From Octopus vulgaris (Eukaryota), in the NCBI GenBank assembly GCA_951406725.2, contig OX597824.1, positions 64,418,001 through 64,482,000 of the forward strand: a DNA stretch of 64,000 nucleotides. The letters are read 5' to 3'. Both the position numbers and the translations under genes were made by a program. Position 1 is the first letter of the stretch. Each line of letters opens with the position of its first letter. The notes under the pieces were generated by a model, which was given only the letters and a program-made list of their open reading frames with translations, had not been told where the DNA came from and ran no database searches. Positions 39,751-53,399 of the stretch are shown in pieces.

Positions 39751-39923
39751 ATACATATAGCACCTCAACCCCAGCCAGTTGACTAATCGGCCTCTAAGTG
39801 TCAATTCAATAAAACTTAATCTGTTGACATTATCATATAACATCAATGTTAGTGAAATAAAAAACAGAATAAAAAATGCCAGTTAATTAAATTGATACAA
39901 TAACACATTAACAAAGTAATTAC

Positions 39924-40071
39924 CAGCTCTCCATCTAGTCTGTGATCTTAGAGCAAATTCATCAACCTCTTCACGGCTGAGACCATATTTCACTGCTAAG
40001 TTCTCTGCAGTAATTGCCATTGGTAGCTTGACATGAAGGTCAGTCAAACCAGCCATCAAAGTGTCTTCCAT
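39924..40071 (-). CDS. ACAA2: ACAA2 exon 5
   Basis: [49 protein letters not shown]+G; 148 nt. Confidence 0.97.
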
Positions 40072-40093
40072 CTATTAAGTAAAAAACATACAT

Positions 40094-40142
<49 letters not shown>

Positions 40143-40791
40143 CCCATGCTAGCATGGAAAACGGACGCTAAATGATGATGATGATGATGATGATATATAC
40201 AGCTGAAGAAGGTACTCAGTCACTAATGGAATTTCAGCATAGGATTGAAACCAGCCTGGTTGATCCCTGTTTTGTCGTTCATGAAGATATTGTATATACA
40301 ATGTGTTTAGATCTGTTTATTGCATAGTCATCATCGTCATTATTTAACACCAGGCTTCCATGCATAGGCCTCTGGCATAGGTTGAACAGTCTGGCAAAGT
40401 CTGATGAGTTAGAGGACAGCAGCATGTGCTGATGTCTACTTTAGCATGGCTTCTTCAGCAGGATGTCCTTACTAACACCAACCACTTTACAGATTGTACA
40501 GGATGCTTTTATTGTGGTACTAGCAGTAGTGATGATAACCTCATAACTTGAATGGCTAAGGCCCTAAAGTGGTCTCTATAACTGAGGAAAAGCAAAAGAA
40601 TGCATGGACAATGATTCTAGGAGGAGGGATGAAAGGATGCTAAGTAAGAGGGGAAGCTGGGAGAGTATGTAATGGAACAGGGAAGGGTTTGATAGCAGGG
40701 CTGAAGACCTGTCTATAGTCTTTAGTACAATTTAGCATTTCAGGATTTGGAAAATGAGTGTCTTAAAGCAGAAGAGAAGAATCAGATTTAC

Positions 40792-40908
40792 CTTTAGGTC
40801 AATACCTAATGTTGTTCCAAACCTGGCATTCCGTACAGAGTAAGGTGTCATACTCATGTTGTCTGCACCACCACATAGGACAATATCACTGTCTCCCAAC
40901 ATAATTTC
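40792..40908 (-). CDS. ACAA2: ACAA2 exon 4
   Basis: [39 protein letters not shown]; 117 nt, AG/GT. Confidence 0.97.
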
Positions 40909-40934
40909 CTACAAAGAAAATAACAGTTATGTAT

Positions 40935-41315
40935 CAACATCAGCATCATTATTCTCTTCATCATCATCATCATCATCATCATCATTATTGTTATCATTAC
41001 CATGACCATCATTCAGATTGTCTTCTTTATTTTCATCATCACTATTTTCATCAACACCATCATCATCATCATTACTAAGCCATCACTTGGACCATCTTCA
41101 TTCTTTTTGTCATTCCTTTTCTCATCATCATCACCACCACCATCATCATCATTCTCATTCCCATCATTATTTTTATCATTATCCTCTTTGTTATTATTGC
41201 CTTTATTCTTATCATCACCATCATCATCATTTTTATTATCACCACCATTATCATCATCTCTACAATTATCATCATCACCAATATGATCACCATCAACAGC
41301 ATCATCACCATCTTC
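40935..41315. repeat. Degenerate (CAT)n trinucleotide tract
   Basis: catcatcat/cattat/caccac variants. Confidence 0.9.
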
Positions 41316-41509
41316 TACTCCACATTCACAGAGTGTAGCCAAAAATATTAGATATTTCTCCACACATTAAACATATCAGTTCCTCTCTGTAATAAACCAT
41401 TTCTCAAAATAAAACTGTAAAACCCTTCTTACACTAGATATTTCACCACAACCTCACAAACATATACATCCAATCACTCTCTATAATAAAATTGTAAAGC
41501 CTTTCTTAC

Positions 41510-41638
41510 CTGACTGGCATTCACAATAGCTTGGAAACCTGAACCACACAACCTGTTCACTGTGTATGAAGGAACAGGAATAGGGACACCAATACGCAAC
41601 CCAACATGACGGGCAATGTAAATGGAGTCAGCGGCACT
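41510..41638 (-). CDS. ACAA2: ACAA2 exon 3 (acylation Cys motif)
   Basis: SAADSIYIARHVGLRIGVPIPVPSYTVNRLCGSGFQAIVNASQ; ag/gtaag boundaries, 129 nt. Confidence 0.97.
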
Positions 41639-43079
41639 CTGAAAGGAAATTAGACCAGAAATTTAGAGAACAATGTATTTGTTTTTAATTCTTATTTCTT
41701 AGATTAGTCACAAGAGGGATTTGCAAAAACAGCAGGATGTTTCAGTTTTGGGCAGCCTCAATATGTATGTTTGTACTTTGTCATGGTTTTATTACTGTTG
41801 GTAGATTAGTGAACACTCACTCAGCAACATATTATATATGTCTTGCCTTGGACCCTTTAAACTGTCATACTATATGGTGTACTTTTTTGGTGTTTCTAGA
41901 TCTGGTGGAGACCATCTTTCTCTTCAGGTATGACTAAACTGATTTCTTCTAGAAGAGAGCAAGACAAATAGACATAAAGAAAGAGCGTGTGAAAGTGAAG
42001 AATTTACCCCAGTATAGAACTGGTATTTTCTTTATTGACCTCAAAAGGATGAAAAGATGAAAGACAAAACTGAACTCAGCAGGATTTGAACTCAGAGCAC
42101 AGAGATCTGGAACAATTACCACACAGCAATTTATCTTGATTTTCTAACAACTTTACCAACTGAGCCATAGACTATTGCCCCAAGAGTATTATAATTTGCT
42201 TGAAGCACTGCAACATGTAAACAATTTGAATATATTTTATGAAGACCTTTAAGCAATGCAAGGGAGAAGTTAGGCAAAATATGTAAGGTGATGTCAATAA
42301 AGACAAAGGCAAGTTATTGTATTACTCTACATAGGTTGCTTAATGCAAATAAGAGTACTCTTTTATTCCAATGTCTTGACCAAGTTAAATTTACAAATAC
42401 TACTAGAAAATTGTTCAATCTTTTGGAGAAACATGCCAAAATCAGTCACCAAATGAATTTCCTCTGCAGCTTATAAGACACCATAAGGTTTGCTGCTACT
42501 GACACTATCTAACTTATAGTTCAGCTTTTGTCCAGCAACCTTTCCTACTAGTCCTTTGCACACCCACAATAACTACTTACTAGGACATCTACAACTGCTG
42601 CTTATGACACCATGTCACCTGCTATTACTGATACTATCCATCTCCACCAGTCATAACTATCAATACAGTAATCCATCACAACAAACTAGAATGGCCTGGT
42701 CAGTAATAATAATTTTTCTCCAAACTCCTGGATTTATTTTCTAACTTATATCCGATAAAGGGAAGTTTTCTCAAAATATAATAAAAGCATTAAACAACCA
42801 ACATAAAGTTATACTTTATCTTGTCTTTGTCTTCAATGGCATCACCTAACATATTTTACTCCATTTCTCACTTGCTGACAAACCAGCAACCCCAACCAAG
42901 CTTGCTCAGTGAGGCAGGTGATTTTGGGCAACCTACAGGATGAAAACCAGGAGCTACCAAAGAGTAGAGGAACCCAGGAAGTCAACAACCACACAATGTA
43001 ATCAAGGGTAGATGGGGCTCACCAGGTATATATAATAATAATAATAATAATATAATAATAATAATAATAATATAGAAAA

Positions 43080-43205
43080 ATGCCTTAGGAATGAGAACCT
43101 AGGTTCGAAATTTCCCCAAGACACCTGATGAAGGCTGGAGGGTATATCAGTCAAGACGTGTTAACAAACAAGATGAGGACAAATATCCATCAAATGTAAA
43201 TAATT
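43080..43205 (+). mobile_element. tRNA-like-head + hammerhead-like unit
   Basis: ggttcgaaatttccccaagacacCTGATGAaggctggagggtatatcagtc..., near-identical to 13897-13968. Confidence 0.65.
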
Positions 43206-43577
43206 CCTGGACCATACTCTGACAATGCCTGCAATTAACGTGTGACTGCCTCTGTTGCCACCATTGCAAGTGCTATCGCTCAAACAAACTGATGCAATTT
43301 GGCTTCTTTAATGTCTACCCAAAAAGAACTGACAGGAACCTCTTCACTAAGTGTCTAGTATCTACAATCCTATGAATTCACAGACATCTACATTATCGAA
43401 GGCTCCCATCACCACACCAGAGAGGTATGCTGGCATGTGAGTCTTTAATAATTAGTCAGATAGCAAAAGGTTTTAGTGTGTTGGTCAGTTCGTCAGCCAG
43501 AATAAGCCTTTAGAAATAAATTTCTTTCTCACATACTCTCAAAAAAGGTATAGAGTTAAAATAAAAAGACAATTTAC

Positions 43578-43753
43578 CTGGATAACATTTCCGATTATGA
43601 CAGAATTAATCATTTCAGGTGTCACATTAGCCGATGCTAAAGCTGCTTTGGCAGCGGCTTCAGCCAGGTCAGTTGGAGTCTTCATTTTCAGCTTACCTCC
43701 AAAAGTACCAAAAGCTGTCCTCTTGGCAGCAATAATGAAGACATCTTTTACAG
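43578..43753 (-). CDS. ACAA2: ACAA2 exon 2
   Basis: ttttcag|CT GTA AAA GAT...; (T)VKDVFIIAAKRTAFGTFGGKLK...VIIGNVIQ|gtaaat, thiolase N-terminus. Confidence 0.96.
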
Positions 43754-43797
43754 CTGAAAATGAACAAATTATAAATAATAAATGAATTAATTGGCTA

Positions 43798-43831
<34 letters not shown>

Positions 43832-45094
43832 GTTTCAAATTTTGGTACAATACAGGAAGACCATTTGACCTTAGGACATCGAATATGCCCCCCCCCCCCC
43901 ATCACCACTACCACCACATCTAGATGTGCCCAAGTCTGTGTAGCAGTCCCCACTCCCTTGTACAAGTTTTAATATGGAGAAGTCTTGGTTCTAAGTCAGA
44001 AGATGAAGCCATTGGGATGGGAGGACCAATGAAGAGAAAGAAGGTATCTATGACATGTTACCTGCTGAAATATACTAATATATTTATTATATATAGTGAA
44101 GCCAGGAAGTTAGATGGGGGAGAAAAAGTGTGTTTGGTTAATTCCACTACTCATAAAAGTAGAAAATAAAAACATAATAGGGAAAAATGTAAGGTAGTTG
44201 TTTATCGACAATTTTCATTTGGCAGTTAATTTGCTATCACCACTAATTTTTTAACTGATTATTCCACCTTTTGTCCATATTTTCTTCACTGTTTTGCCCA
44301 AATTTAAGTGGACAGTTCTTCCATCCCTATTGCCCTGGTTCATATGCCTTCCCCACCTCCATGCTTACATGTGTGTATGTGTTATAGTTTCCATGTATAA
44401 ATTTTAAAGTGTTCAACACAGGCTAACTACCCATTAGATAGAGTCCATATAATTAAAACACACATTCAAGACTGGGATCTAATGACAGGTTGACAGAAAC
44501 AATTACGGTCACTAAAGAAAATTAAACAGAAGCAAAATCTTGTGTCCAAAGAAACGAGCGATGCTCTGCGGCGACTAAAAATGAAAAAGGAACTGTGAAG
44601 AAAATTAGTGAGACCCTCCCTTTAGAGGAAATGAATTCCTTTGTTTCAGCATAAAAATTCTTTTTTCTTAAGACGGTACACAGAGAAATGAGGGATTGAC
44701 AGGCAGACGGACAAAGAAAGAGAGTGAGATGGAGACAGCCAGACAGGCATACAAATAAATAGATGAGGGATAAGAGATAGACAAACAGACGAGTGGGCTG
44801 TTTCATTGATAGGATTAACAGGAACCCTCATCGTCGTATGTATGCGTGCATGCATACATACAGACAGACAGACAGAGTACCATATATATTAGACAGTGGC
44901 CTGGAAGATAGTCACGGCCGCTCGTAGGCTCTCCGCTCCCTGAATCATTGTACCAACTGATTTCCTTCCTCCCTGTCTAATAAGACATGTCAACGTCCAC
45001 ATAGACAGACAGACAGAAAAACAGACATACTGCAGCAGAGTTAGTACCTAAATAGGTCAACGCCTGTCCGGTTGAAATTCGTCTGACATGGCTG

Positions 45095-45107
45095 AGGTCA
45101 CAGGTCA
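45095..45107 (+). promoter_or_regulatory. Perfect DR1 nuclear-receptor element AGGTCA-C-AGGTCA (ACAA2 intron 1)
   Basis: Exact consensus; another AGGTCA at 45054-45059; locally CpG-enriched surroundings. Confidence 0.5.
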
Positions 45108-45645
45108 AAGGGAGATGATCAATCAATTTTAGACAGAACAAAGGAAACCTTTTTTTTGCGCCTGTTGATCATCGTGGTTTGGACGACCGAGAATTCTTGG
45201 ATTCGGTTTCGAATCTAGGCTTAGAGGAGGAAGTGTTAATTCTTACACAACCATAAACAGAAACTAAGTAAATTTTGTTGTTCTTTTGTTAAGTGGAAGC
45301 TGTTACAAAGTTTTACTTTCATTTCGGTTAGATATGAAAATAGGAAACAACCTCACACCTCACTCATGGTTCCAACCATCAACAGCACACAACTAAACTT
45401 ACAATCACTTCAAATGCAAGGCTAAACTATCACCGGACGTAGCAGCTACTGTATCCAACTGCTATAGTTTCCTTTTAAAAATAGATTTTAATTTTTATTA
45501 TACACATTCTTGTTAAATATTATATTCAATTTGCTAGAAATAGCAGTCAAATCCCCTTTAAATCACGCCCTGCAGTGTGATTTAGAAAATGAATGACACA
45601 TTGGAGAATGTAATCTCAAACACATTATCAGAGAGAGAGAGAGGA

Positions 45646-45658
45646 GGGACAAAGTCCA
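45646..45658 (+). promoter_or_regulatory. HNF4-type motif GGGACAAAGTCCA (ACAA2 intron 1)
   Basis: Contains CAAAGTCCA, the HNF4-specific core. Confidence 0.4.
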
Positions 45659-46575
45659 AATCTTGCCATAATGTAGGGCTTCAGAAAAAGCCATAATAAT
45701 GCTTGTGAATGCCTTAAAAAACGTGCTGTTCATAATTTCGTTATACACAAATAGGGATTAATTTAAAAAAAAAAGCAAAAGTTTTCTGCATGTTTTTTTC
45801 TGAATTTTGAAATTTAGAACGTTGTTATTGTTTTTAACTTTCCATAAGAATTGTGCCAATAGTATGTGTACATGTGTGTGTGTGTGTTTCATCTTCAGAG
45901 CACCAAGAAGTCAAAATGAGTAGGAAACACTGACCAACCCTCAAGAGAGTTCGACTTTGACAAATTCGCTAACTTGTGACTATGTATGGGTGTGTAATTC
46001 CTCTCCTTATGATATTAATTTCTAACATAGACATAGCAAGATGGATTTAACCTGTTTGATCGATCCAGTACATTAAATGACACTTATTTTAGTTGGCCTC
46101 GATGAAATATTAAATTCACAACGTAAAGGTCACTACTATAATATTAGTTTCATATTTGAGATTCTGTTACAATGATCAAACATTTTATGTGTATGTTGGT
46201 GACTGGGGTTGACGGACGTATCAAACACGCAATCCATCGCTTTCCGTTTCGCCTACAAGCGACTACGAACTAAACCAACACTAAAATACGATTCTTTGAG
46301 GTTACTTCTTCAAGGGGACTTTGGCTCTGAATTCGTTTATATTTAGGCTACATTTAAACAAAAGTTTAAATAAACGTAGATAAAACAGGATGAGAAAAAT
46401 AAAAGACGTTTCCTGCCCACCAAGGAGAACATGATTAATAGTAGTGAAAGTAATTTTAACTATAATTTTCATAATTGGTTTCCAACGAATGTAAAGGTGT
46501 TTTGGTAAATTTTCAGATATTTACCGGTGTTTTAAATGCAAATTGCTCTATCAAGTATATAAAAGAAAAACTTAC

Positions 46576-46591
46576 TCCGGGCAATGACCAT
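46576..46591 (-). CDS. ACAA2: ACAA2 coding exon 1 (MVIAR+1 nt)
   Basis: ATG GTC ATT GCC CGG A|gtaagt: 16 nt with a strong donor; phase 1 fits exon 2. Short, so less certain than the other exons. Confidence 0.75.
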
Positions 46592-48910
46592 GATGAAAGG
46601 GGTTTAGCTGAAGCTTATGCGAAAAGTAGTTTGGAGCGATAACTGTAAAGTGCTCTACTAACGTGTAAACACAATTAAGACCAAGAAATGAGAGTTATCT
46701 CCCCCTTAATGAACTTTATCCTTTGGATGAGTTGTGTAAGAAGATTATTATATTCTTATAAAATATTGTATAATAAGATTATTACATTCTTATAAAACAC
46801 TAATAAACTTTCTTTGGTTGATATAAGGTTCTTAGATATTCTTTTCGGGGATTTTTAAAAAGAATATCATTTTCGTTTTATACTCCATATTTTACAACTT
46901 GTTAGGACGTGACGTCCTATATTTTAACCTGGACTACATTCTTTACTTAAGTGAGAAAACTATGCAAAATATTGCTGTAATCGACGTCAAAGTTCGACTC
47001 TGATTATCAGTGTACCAAGATAAGAAAAAATATCGCTGCTGTTGTTGTAAATGCTTATATTCTTGTTGTTTAACCTCTGGTTAACCCTGATGAAGTAGAC
47101 CTATGATTGAAGGCTTCTCTAGCCTTGCAGATCCCTTTGTAGTATACATAGGGCCACATTACAAAGCATTTCACCCTTTTTATATAACGGATTGATGCTA
47201 TGTATGCATTTTTTTTTTTTTTGTAGCATGAGTAGTAAGTCATTGGGTCATTGACCTCTACGTGCACATGTACTCAAACCCTTTCTTTAATAATTCTCAA
47301 ACACTACATCAGTGTCCTTAATGTACTATAAAATTAGTGGTAACCTCCAGTCATACGCAGTGCCATCTTAAGCTATGATCATACTAGGTAGTTTCCCGGT
47401 ATCCCTACTGTTCTTGAGACTAATGCTAATCTATGCATGCTAAGGTTTACTGTTAGAAAATAAATATAGAGCTCTAGTGTATGCTAAGACGTCCTTGATC
47501 ACACGTAAACACACAGATGAAATGGATAACGCTGTTGCTTAGCCTTAAGTCTGCCTTGAACACGAAGATATGATGAAGGGCTTCCAAGCTAAGACCATCA
47601 ACTTTTGAATTACTAAAACTACATTATCCTATATTTTTCTTTTTCTCTCTTTCTTTTAAGGGAGGTAGGGTAGAGTTAGAGTGAGACTTGGCTGTCTATT
47701 TCTTGAAAGATGAGATTTTTGTGTGGATAATGTTAGTGTACCAGAAAAAAAAGTAAAAGATTCCTAAGTAGTGATCTGTTTTATGAAAAGAAAGGAGAAA
47801 GTCATTATGAAAGATTTCAAATGTAAATAATGAGAGGAAGGTCAGGATTACAAGAGAAGGAAATGGGAATATTTGTGTGACTAAGTGTTTTGAGACTTTA
47901 TTCTTTTTTCATTTTTTTAACTTTTTGAGTCATTGGATTGTGGCCATACTGGGGCACCACCTTGAGGGTGTAGACGACCATGCGAAGAAGAGGTGACGAA
48001 AATGGCTCCTTTAGTACATCACATGGTCGATTACAATAGATACGAAAAGAATAAATGAGTATAAGTGCCAGAAGTAAAGGAGAGACACAACCGGTAGAAT
48101 GTATAAGAGAAGATTTTCACTTAAGTGTCTGCTACAACGGGTTTAATCAATCAATTCGCCCCTAGTACTCGTTTTTTAAGTTTTTAAGTTTTATGTTCAA
48201 CGCACTAAGTCCAGTTTTATCGAAAATTTCAAAACTACATATTTTATCCCTTACTAGTTTCAGTAAGTGGATTTCGGTAATGCTGGTGCACCGCCTGTCG
48301 AATGAATTGAACCGGGGTACTTTTTTAAAGCCTGGTATTTATTCTATCTCTTTGCCGAACCGCTAATTTAAAAGGCGTAAACAAACCAACACCGGTTGTC
48401 AAAAGGTGGTGAAGGGCATACACAAACACTTAGATATATATATATAATTCGTACGACAGGCTTTTTTCCAATTTTTCATTTTCCGTTTACCAAATCCATT
48501 AACAATGTTTTGGTCGGCCCATGACCATAGTAGAAGACACTTGTCTCGAGTGCTATGCAGTGGTAATGGATCGAAACCATGGGATTGGGAAGCAAACTTT
48601 TTACCACGCAGCCACGCCAGCACTTATATAGAAATCTTTAATGAAATAGGAAACTGTACGATGTGCGTGTGTGCTTAGACTTTTTATAATAAAACTACAA
48701 AGTAGACGTTTGTTACGATGATTCTAAAATACAACACATAAAAACCTAACGGCATATCTTTTTTCGACCCCTCTGAAGAGGTTTTGCCTAATATAATGAT
48801 TATAATAATTGTTATTTAATCTTTTAGGCTTAATTGAAATAGCTGTAAAGGACTATGTATGACTTTTGCAGATAATAAATTTTTATTAAATGCTATATCT
48901 CAATTTTCTT

Positions 48911-48962
<52 letters not shown>

Positions 48963-49996
48963 TGCATTTATGTCCGAATGTCTGGATATCAGGTCACATA
49001 TGAGGTCTTTTATCAGTGATACTGGTAACATGGCATCTACTACAACGTGTGTTATGGTCAGGTCGGCGGCGGTTAAACCGGCACCACCACTAGGTTTTCC
49101 TGGTGAGGAAGGTTGCTAGAAACACAGTAGGACTAAAAAACGGATGAACCTAGTGAAGATTCAACGACTTCCTAGCAATAGCAAGAGCCCTCTGAAGTTC
49201 TGTGTTGCTGTCCGGTGTGCTGGAAGACCATTGAGAGTGAAGCACCCCTCAACTTTTGTTAAAATATAGCCCTAGGAGAAAGTCACTCTGATATAAAACC
49301 GGATGTGCAGAGAATTTTGGGGGTCTTTTGCTTGAATTTGGGATCACGGAGTTCCTACATTCCTGAGCTTGTGACCCATATTAGCACTGAATATCTTGCC
49401 CTTACTTGTCCCTAGATCATGCCAATAGAGGTATTGTACAAGCCTTATTGGACTTTAAATTTTAGGTTTCGCCAGCAGAGCGTCTTTCCAAAGCCAGGAG
49501 GACATTGCAGAAAGCATGGCAATTATGGGCGCAAGCGCAGATAAAGACAATCTCAGGTGCAATAAACTCATGCACGGGCATTGCTGAGATTTTCATTGAG
49601 CAATGGTCAGAGATGACCATCCTCGGTAACGAATGGACAGCCATCATGTATGTATGTATGTATGTATGTATTATAGGCGCAGATATAGCTGTGATTAACA
49701 AGCTTGCTTTGTAATAATATAATTTGTAGTTGGTTCCACTTTGGCACACAGGACAAGTGCATTTTACATAAGCCCCGAGCTACCCAATGCCTTTTGGGTG
49801 AATTTGTTAGATGTTACTGAGTGGAAGCCCGTCGTATATGTGTGCACACACGCACGAATGTTCTTGTATTTGTTCTCCGGTGTTGATTTGTTTACGTTCC
49901 TGTAACTCCTGTAGCTTAAATACTGATGGCGATTTATTCGATTAAAAACCTTTCAAGGTAGTGCCCCAGCATGCATGACTGCACTCCAGAAAAGGA

Positions 49997-50036
<40 letters not shown>

Positions 50037-50039
<3 letters not shown>

Positions 50040-52848
50040 TCATCATCATCATTATCATCATCGTTAGCGTCCGCTTTCCATGCTAGCATGGGTTGGACGG
50101 TTCAACTGGGGTCTGGGAAGCCAGAAGGCTGCACCAGGCCCAGTCTGATCTGGCAATGTTTCTACGGCCGGATGCCCTTCCTAACGCCAACCACTCCGTG
50201 AGTATAGTGGGTGCTTTTTACGTGCCACCGGCACAGGTGCCAGACGAGGCTAGCAAACGGCCACGACCGGATGGTGCTTTTTTCGTGCCACCGGCACGAG
50301 GCCAGTCGGGGCGGCGCTGGCAACGGCCACGTTCGGATGGTTCTCTTACGTACCACTGGTACTGGTATCACAGCTGCAATTTCCATTGATGTTGATCGAT
50401 TTCGATTTTGATTTGTATTTTCACTTACCTCAACAGGTCTTCACAAGTTGAATTTTGTATCCCAAGAAGGAAAGGTATGCATAAGTGGACTAGCTACATC
50501 CCATGTAGAGGCCACAGGTTATGGTCTCACTTGTCCTGCCGGGTCTTCTCACGCACAGCATACTTCCAAAGGTCTCAGTCTCTAGTCATTTCCTCCGTAA
50601 AACCTAAAGTTCGAAGGTCGTGCTTCACCACCTCGTCCCAGGTTTTCCTGGGTCTGCCTCTTCCACAGGTTCCCTCAACCGCTAGGGAGTGGCACTTTTT
50701 CACACAACTATCTTCATCCATTCTCGCCACATGACCATACCAGTGCAAACGTCTCTCTTGCACACCACAACTGATGATTCTTAGGTCCAACTTTTCTCTC
50801 AAGGTACTTACACTCTGTCGAGTATGAACACTGACATTACACATCCATCGGAGCATACTGGCTTCATTTCTTGCGAGCTTACGCATATCCTCAGCAGTCA
50901 CGGCCCATGTTTCACTGACATGTAGCATGGTTGTTCGTACACATGCGTCATACAGTCTGCCTTTTACTCTGAGCGAGAGGCCTTTTGTCACCAGCAGAGG
51001 TAAGAGCTCTCTGAACTTTGCCCAAGCTATTCTTACTCTAGCAGTTACACTTTCAGCACGCCCGCCCCCGCTACTGACTTGGTCACCTAGGTAACGGAAG
51101 CTATCAACTATTTCTAGTTTTTTCCCTGAAATGTGGTAGAAGTTGGTCTCAGAGCATTTTCAGTGTTTATTGCTCCTGAGCATCTGCCACATACAAAAAC
51201 TATCTTCCTAGTTAGCCTTCCTTTGACATTGCTGCACCTCTTATGTGTCCATAGCTTACACTTGGTGCATCTTATAGAGTTTTTACCTACACCTTTTCTA
51301 CAGATCGAGCAGGGCTATCTACCTGAAGCCGTTTGTGATTTGTCTACCTTCCTACTTATTAGGACTTTGGTTTTAGCTAGATTGACACTAAGGCCCTTCG
51401 ATTCTAATCCTTGCTTCCACACCTGAAACTTCTCCTCCAGTTCTGATTGTGACTCGGTAATTAGAGCAAGGTCATCAGCATAGAGGAGCTCCCAGGGGCA
51501 TCCTGTCTTGAATTCCTCCGTTATTGCCTGGAGGACTATGATAAATAGGAGGGGGCTGAGGACTGAGCCTTGGTGGACCCCAACCTCTACCCGGAATTCT
51601 TCACTGTACTCGTTGCCAACCCTCACCTTACTAGCGGCGTCCCTGTACATGACTCGTACAGCTCTCACTAACCATTCATCTATCCCTAGTTTCCTCATTG
51701 ACCACCAGATAAGGGATCAGGGGACCCTGTTGAAGGCTTTCTCCATGTCAACAAAAGCCAGGTACTGGAGCTTATCTTTGGCTAGGCATTTCTCCTGCAG
51801 CAGCCTTACCAGGAATATAGCATCAGTGGTACTTTTCCCTGGCACGAACCCAAACTGCATCTCATCTAAACTAACTCTCTCTCTAATCAGTTGGGCTATG
51901 ACCCTCTCCGTAACCTTCATAACCTGATCCAACAGCGTGATACCTCTGTAATTATTTGTATCAAGGGCGTCACCTTTACCTTTGTAACAGTTGACTATTA
52001 TGCTGCTACACCAGTCATTGGGAATGACTCCTTCGTATATCACCTGATCAACTATAGGGGTGACTAGGCTATAGCCGACACAACCAGATATTTTGAGCAT
52101 CTCTGCAGTGATTCCTGATGGGCCTGGGGCTTTCCCTGTCTTCATGCTTCTAATTGCCTTAACTACCAAGGAGCTGTCAACTCGGATAGCTGCTCCCTCT
52201 GTTGGGTCGACATTCGGCAGACTCTCTTTATCCCATTCATTTTCTTTATTCAGTAACCTTTCATAGTGGCGTTTCCAAACCTCTCTCTTTGCATCCTCAT
52301 TTAGCGCAAGTGAACCATCATCCATGCGAACACATTTCTCTCCTACCACTTCACGATTCTCTCTCACACACTGTCTTGCAACACGAAACACCTCAAGTCT
52401 TTGGTCCTCACGGCGCAGAACATTGGCAAATTTTTTCTCATCTGCTTCCCCTCTGGCTAAATAGACCTGTCTCCTAGCTTCTCTTTTGGCAGTCTGATAC
52501 GATTCCATGCTACCACCATTCTTCCAGTCCTTCCAAGCCTGTCTCTTTTCTCTAATAGCCCTGTCTACAATATTGTTCCACCACCACGTTATTTTGGGTC
52601 GAGAGGGGACTTTGCACCAGCCACAGATCTGGTCAGTGGCTCTCAGCAGGTTGTCCCTTAGAAACGCCCAGTTGTCTTCTACCCCATGTGAAGCTCTATC
52701 CCCTTCGACTTCGTCAAAGGCTTCAAGTAATATGTCCCTAAATTTCTGTCCATTCGCAGGATCTTTAAGCTTCTAGATCCTTCTTCTCCATGTTGTTTGT
52801 CTTCTGGTCGTCCTCACTACCAGTCTATGTTGTGGGGTACATTCTTTG
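50037..52848 (-). mobile_element. RTE (BovB-like) LINE, 5'-truncated, few disablements
   Basis: NYRGITLL, QFGFVPGKSTTDAIF, FVDMEKAF, GVHQGSVLSP, YADD, RRLHWYGHVAR, GRGRPRKTW; (GAT)n tail. Confidence 0.93.
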
Positions 52849-53399
52849 GATACATCCAAAAGTATTCGAAAGTTAGATGCGGTAGAATGTTTGAGTTTGG
52901 GTTCTCTTCATTGTTCAGTAGTAATTGCTGAGACAGAATGATGTTGTAAGAGAACAGAATTAGAGCTAGAGAGAAGTGTAGGGTGGTGTCTGACAGTAAA
53001 CTTCATTTCTCCCTCTGACCAAGGTTGGTCAGCCAGAACTCGTTGAGTCATCATGATGTGACTGACTTATTTTTGCTTGGGATGTGCTTGCTTATATTAA
53101 GATCCAGAAGGATAGATATATCATTGAGAACAATAGTTGGTGGTCTTGTTATCTATTCTAGCTTTAGGTGAAGTAGAAGAGGTTAGAAAGGGTCAAGTGG
53201 TGAAGACATTATTTCGGCCTAGCTAAAGGCATCTGGAAAATGTAAAACTGCTGTCAGAGAAAAACCATTGTTCCATCGTGGGAAAAGTTCTGTTGCAGTG
53301 TTAATTTAAGTTTGACTTTGGTGGATCGAATCCACCATAGATGTAAATATCACAGAAACTACATAGTCAAAGCAAATGAAACTAAACAGGCTTAATGTT

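Noticed and set aside
41002-41363. His/Asp/Ser-rich ORFs
   Set aside because: Translations of a (CAT)n tract, open in several frames on both strands
45031-45254. Alternative ACAA2 first coding exons (ATG at 45089; ATGGTTGT|gtaaga at 45254)
   Set aside because: The first reaches TGA after 10 codons; the second is phase 2 and out of frame with exon 2. A non-coding alternative exon is not excluded.
48990-49630. LINE 5' UTR / endonuclease (SDH) fragments; also 52850-53350
   Set aside because: Probably TE-derived but too decayed to classify
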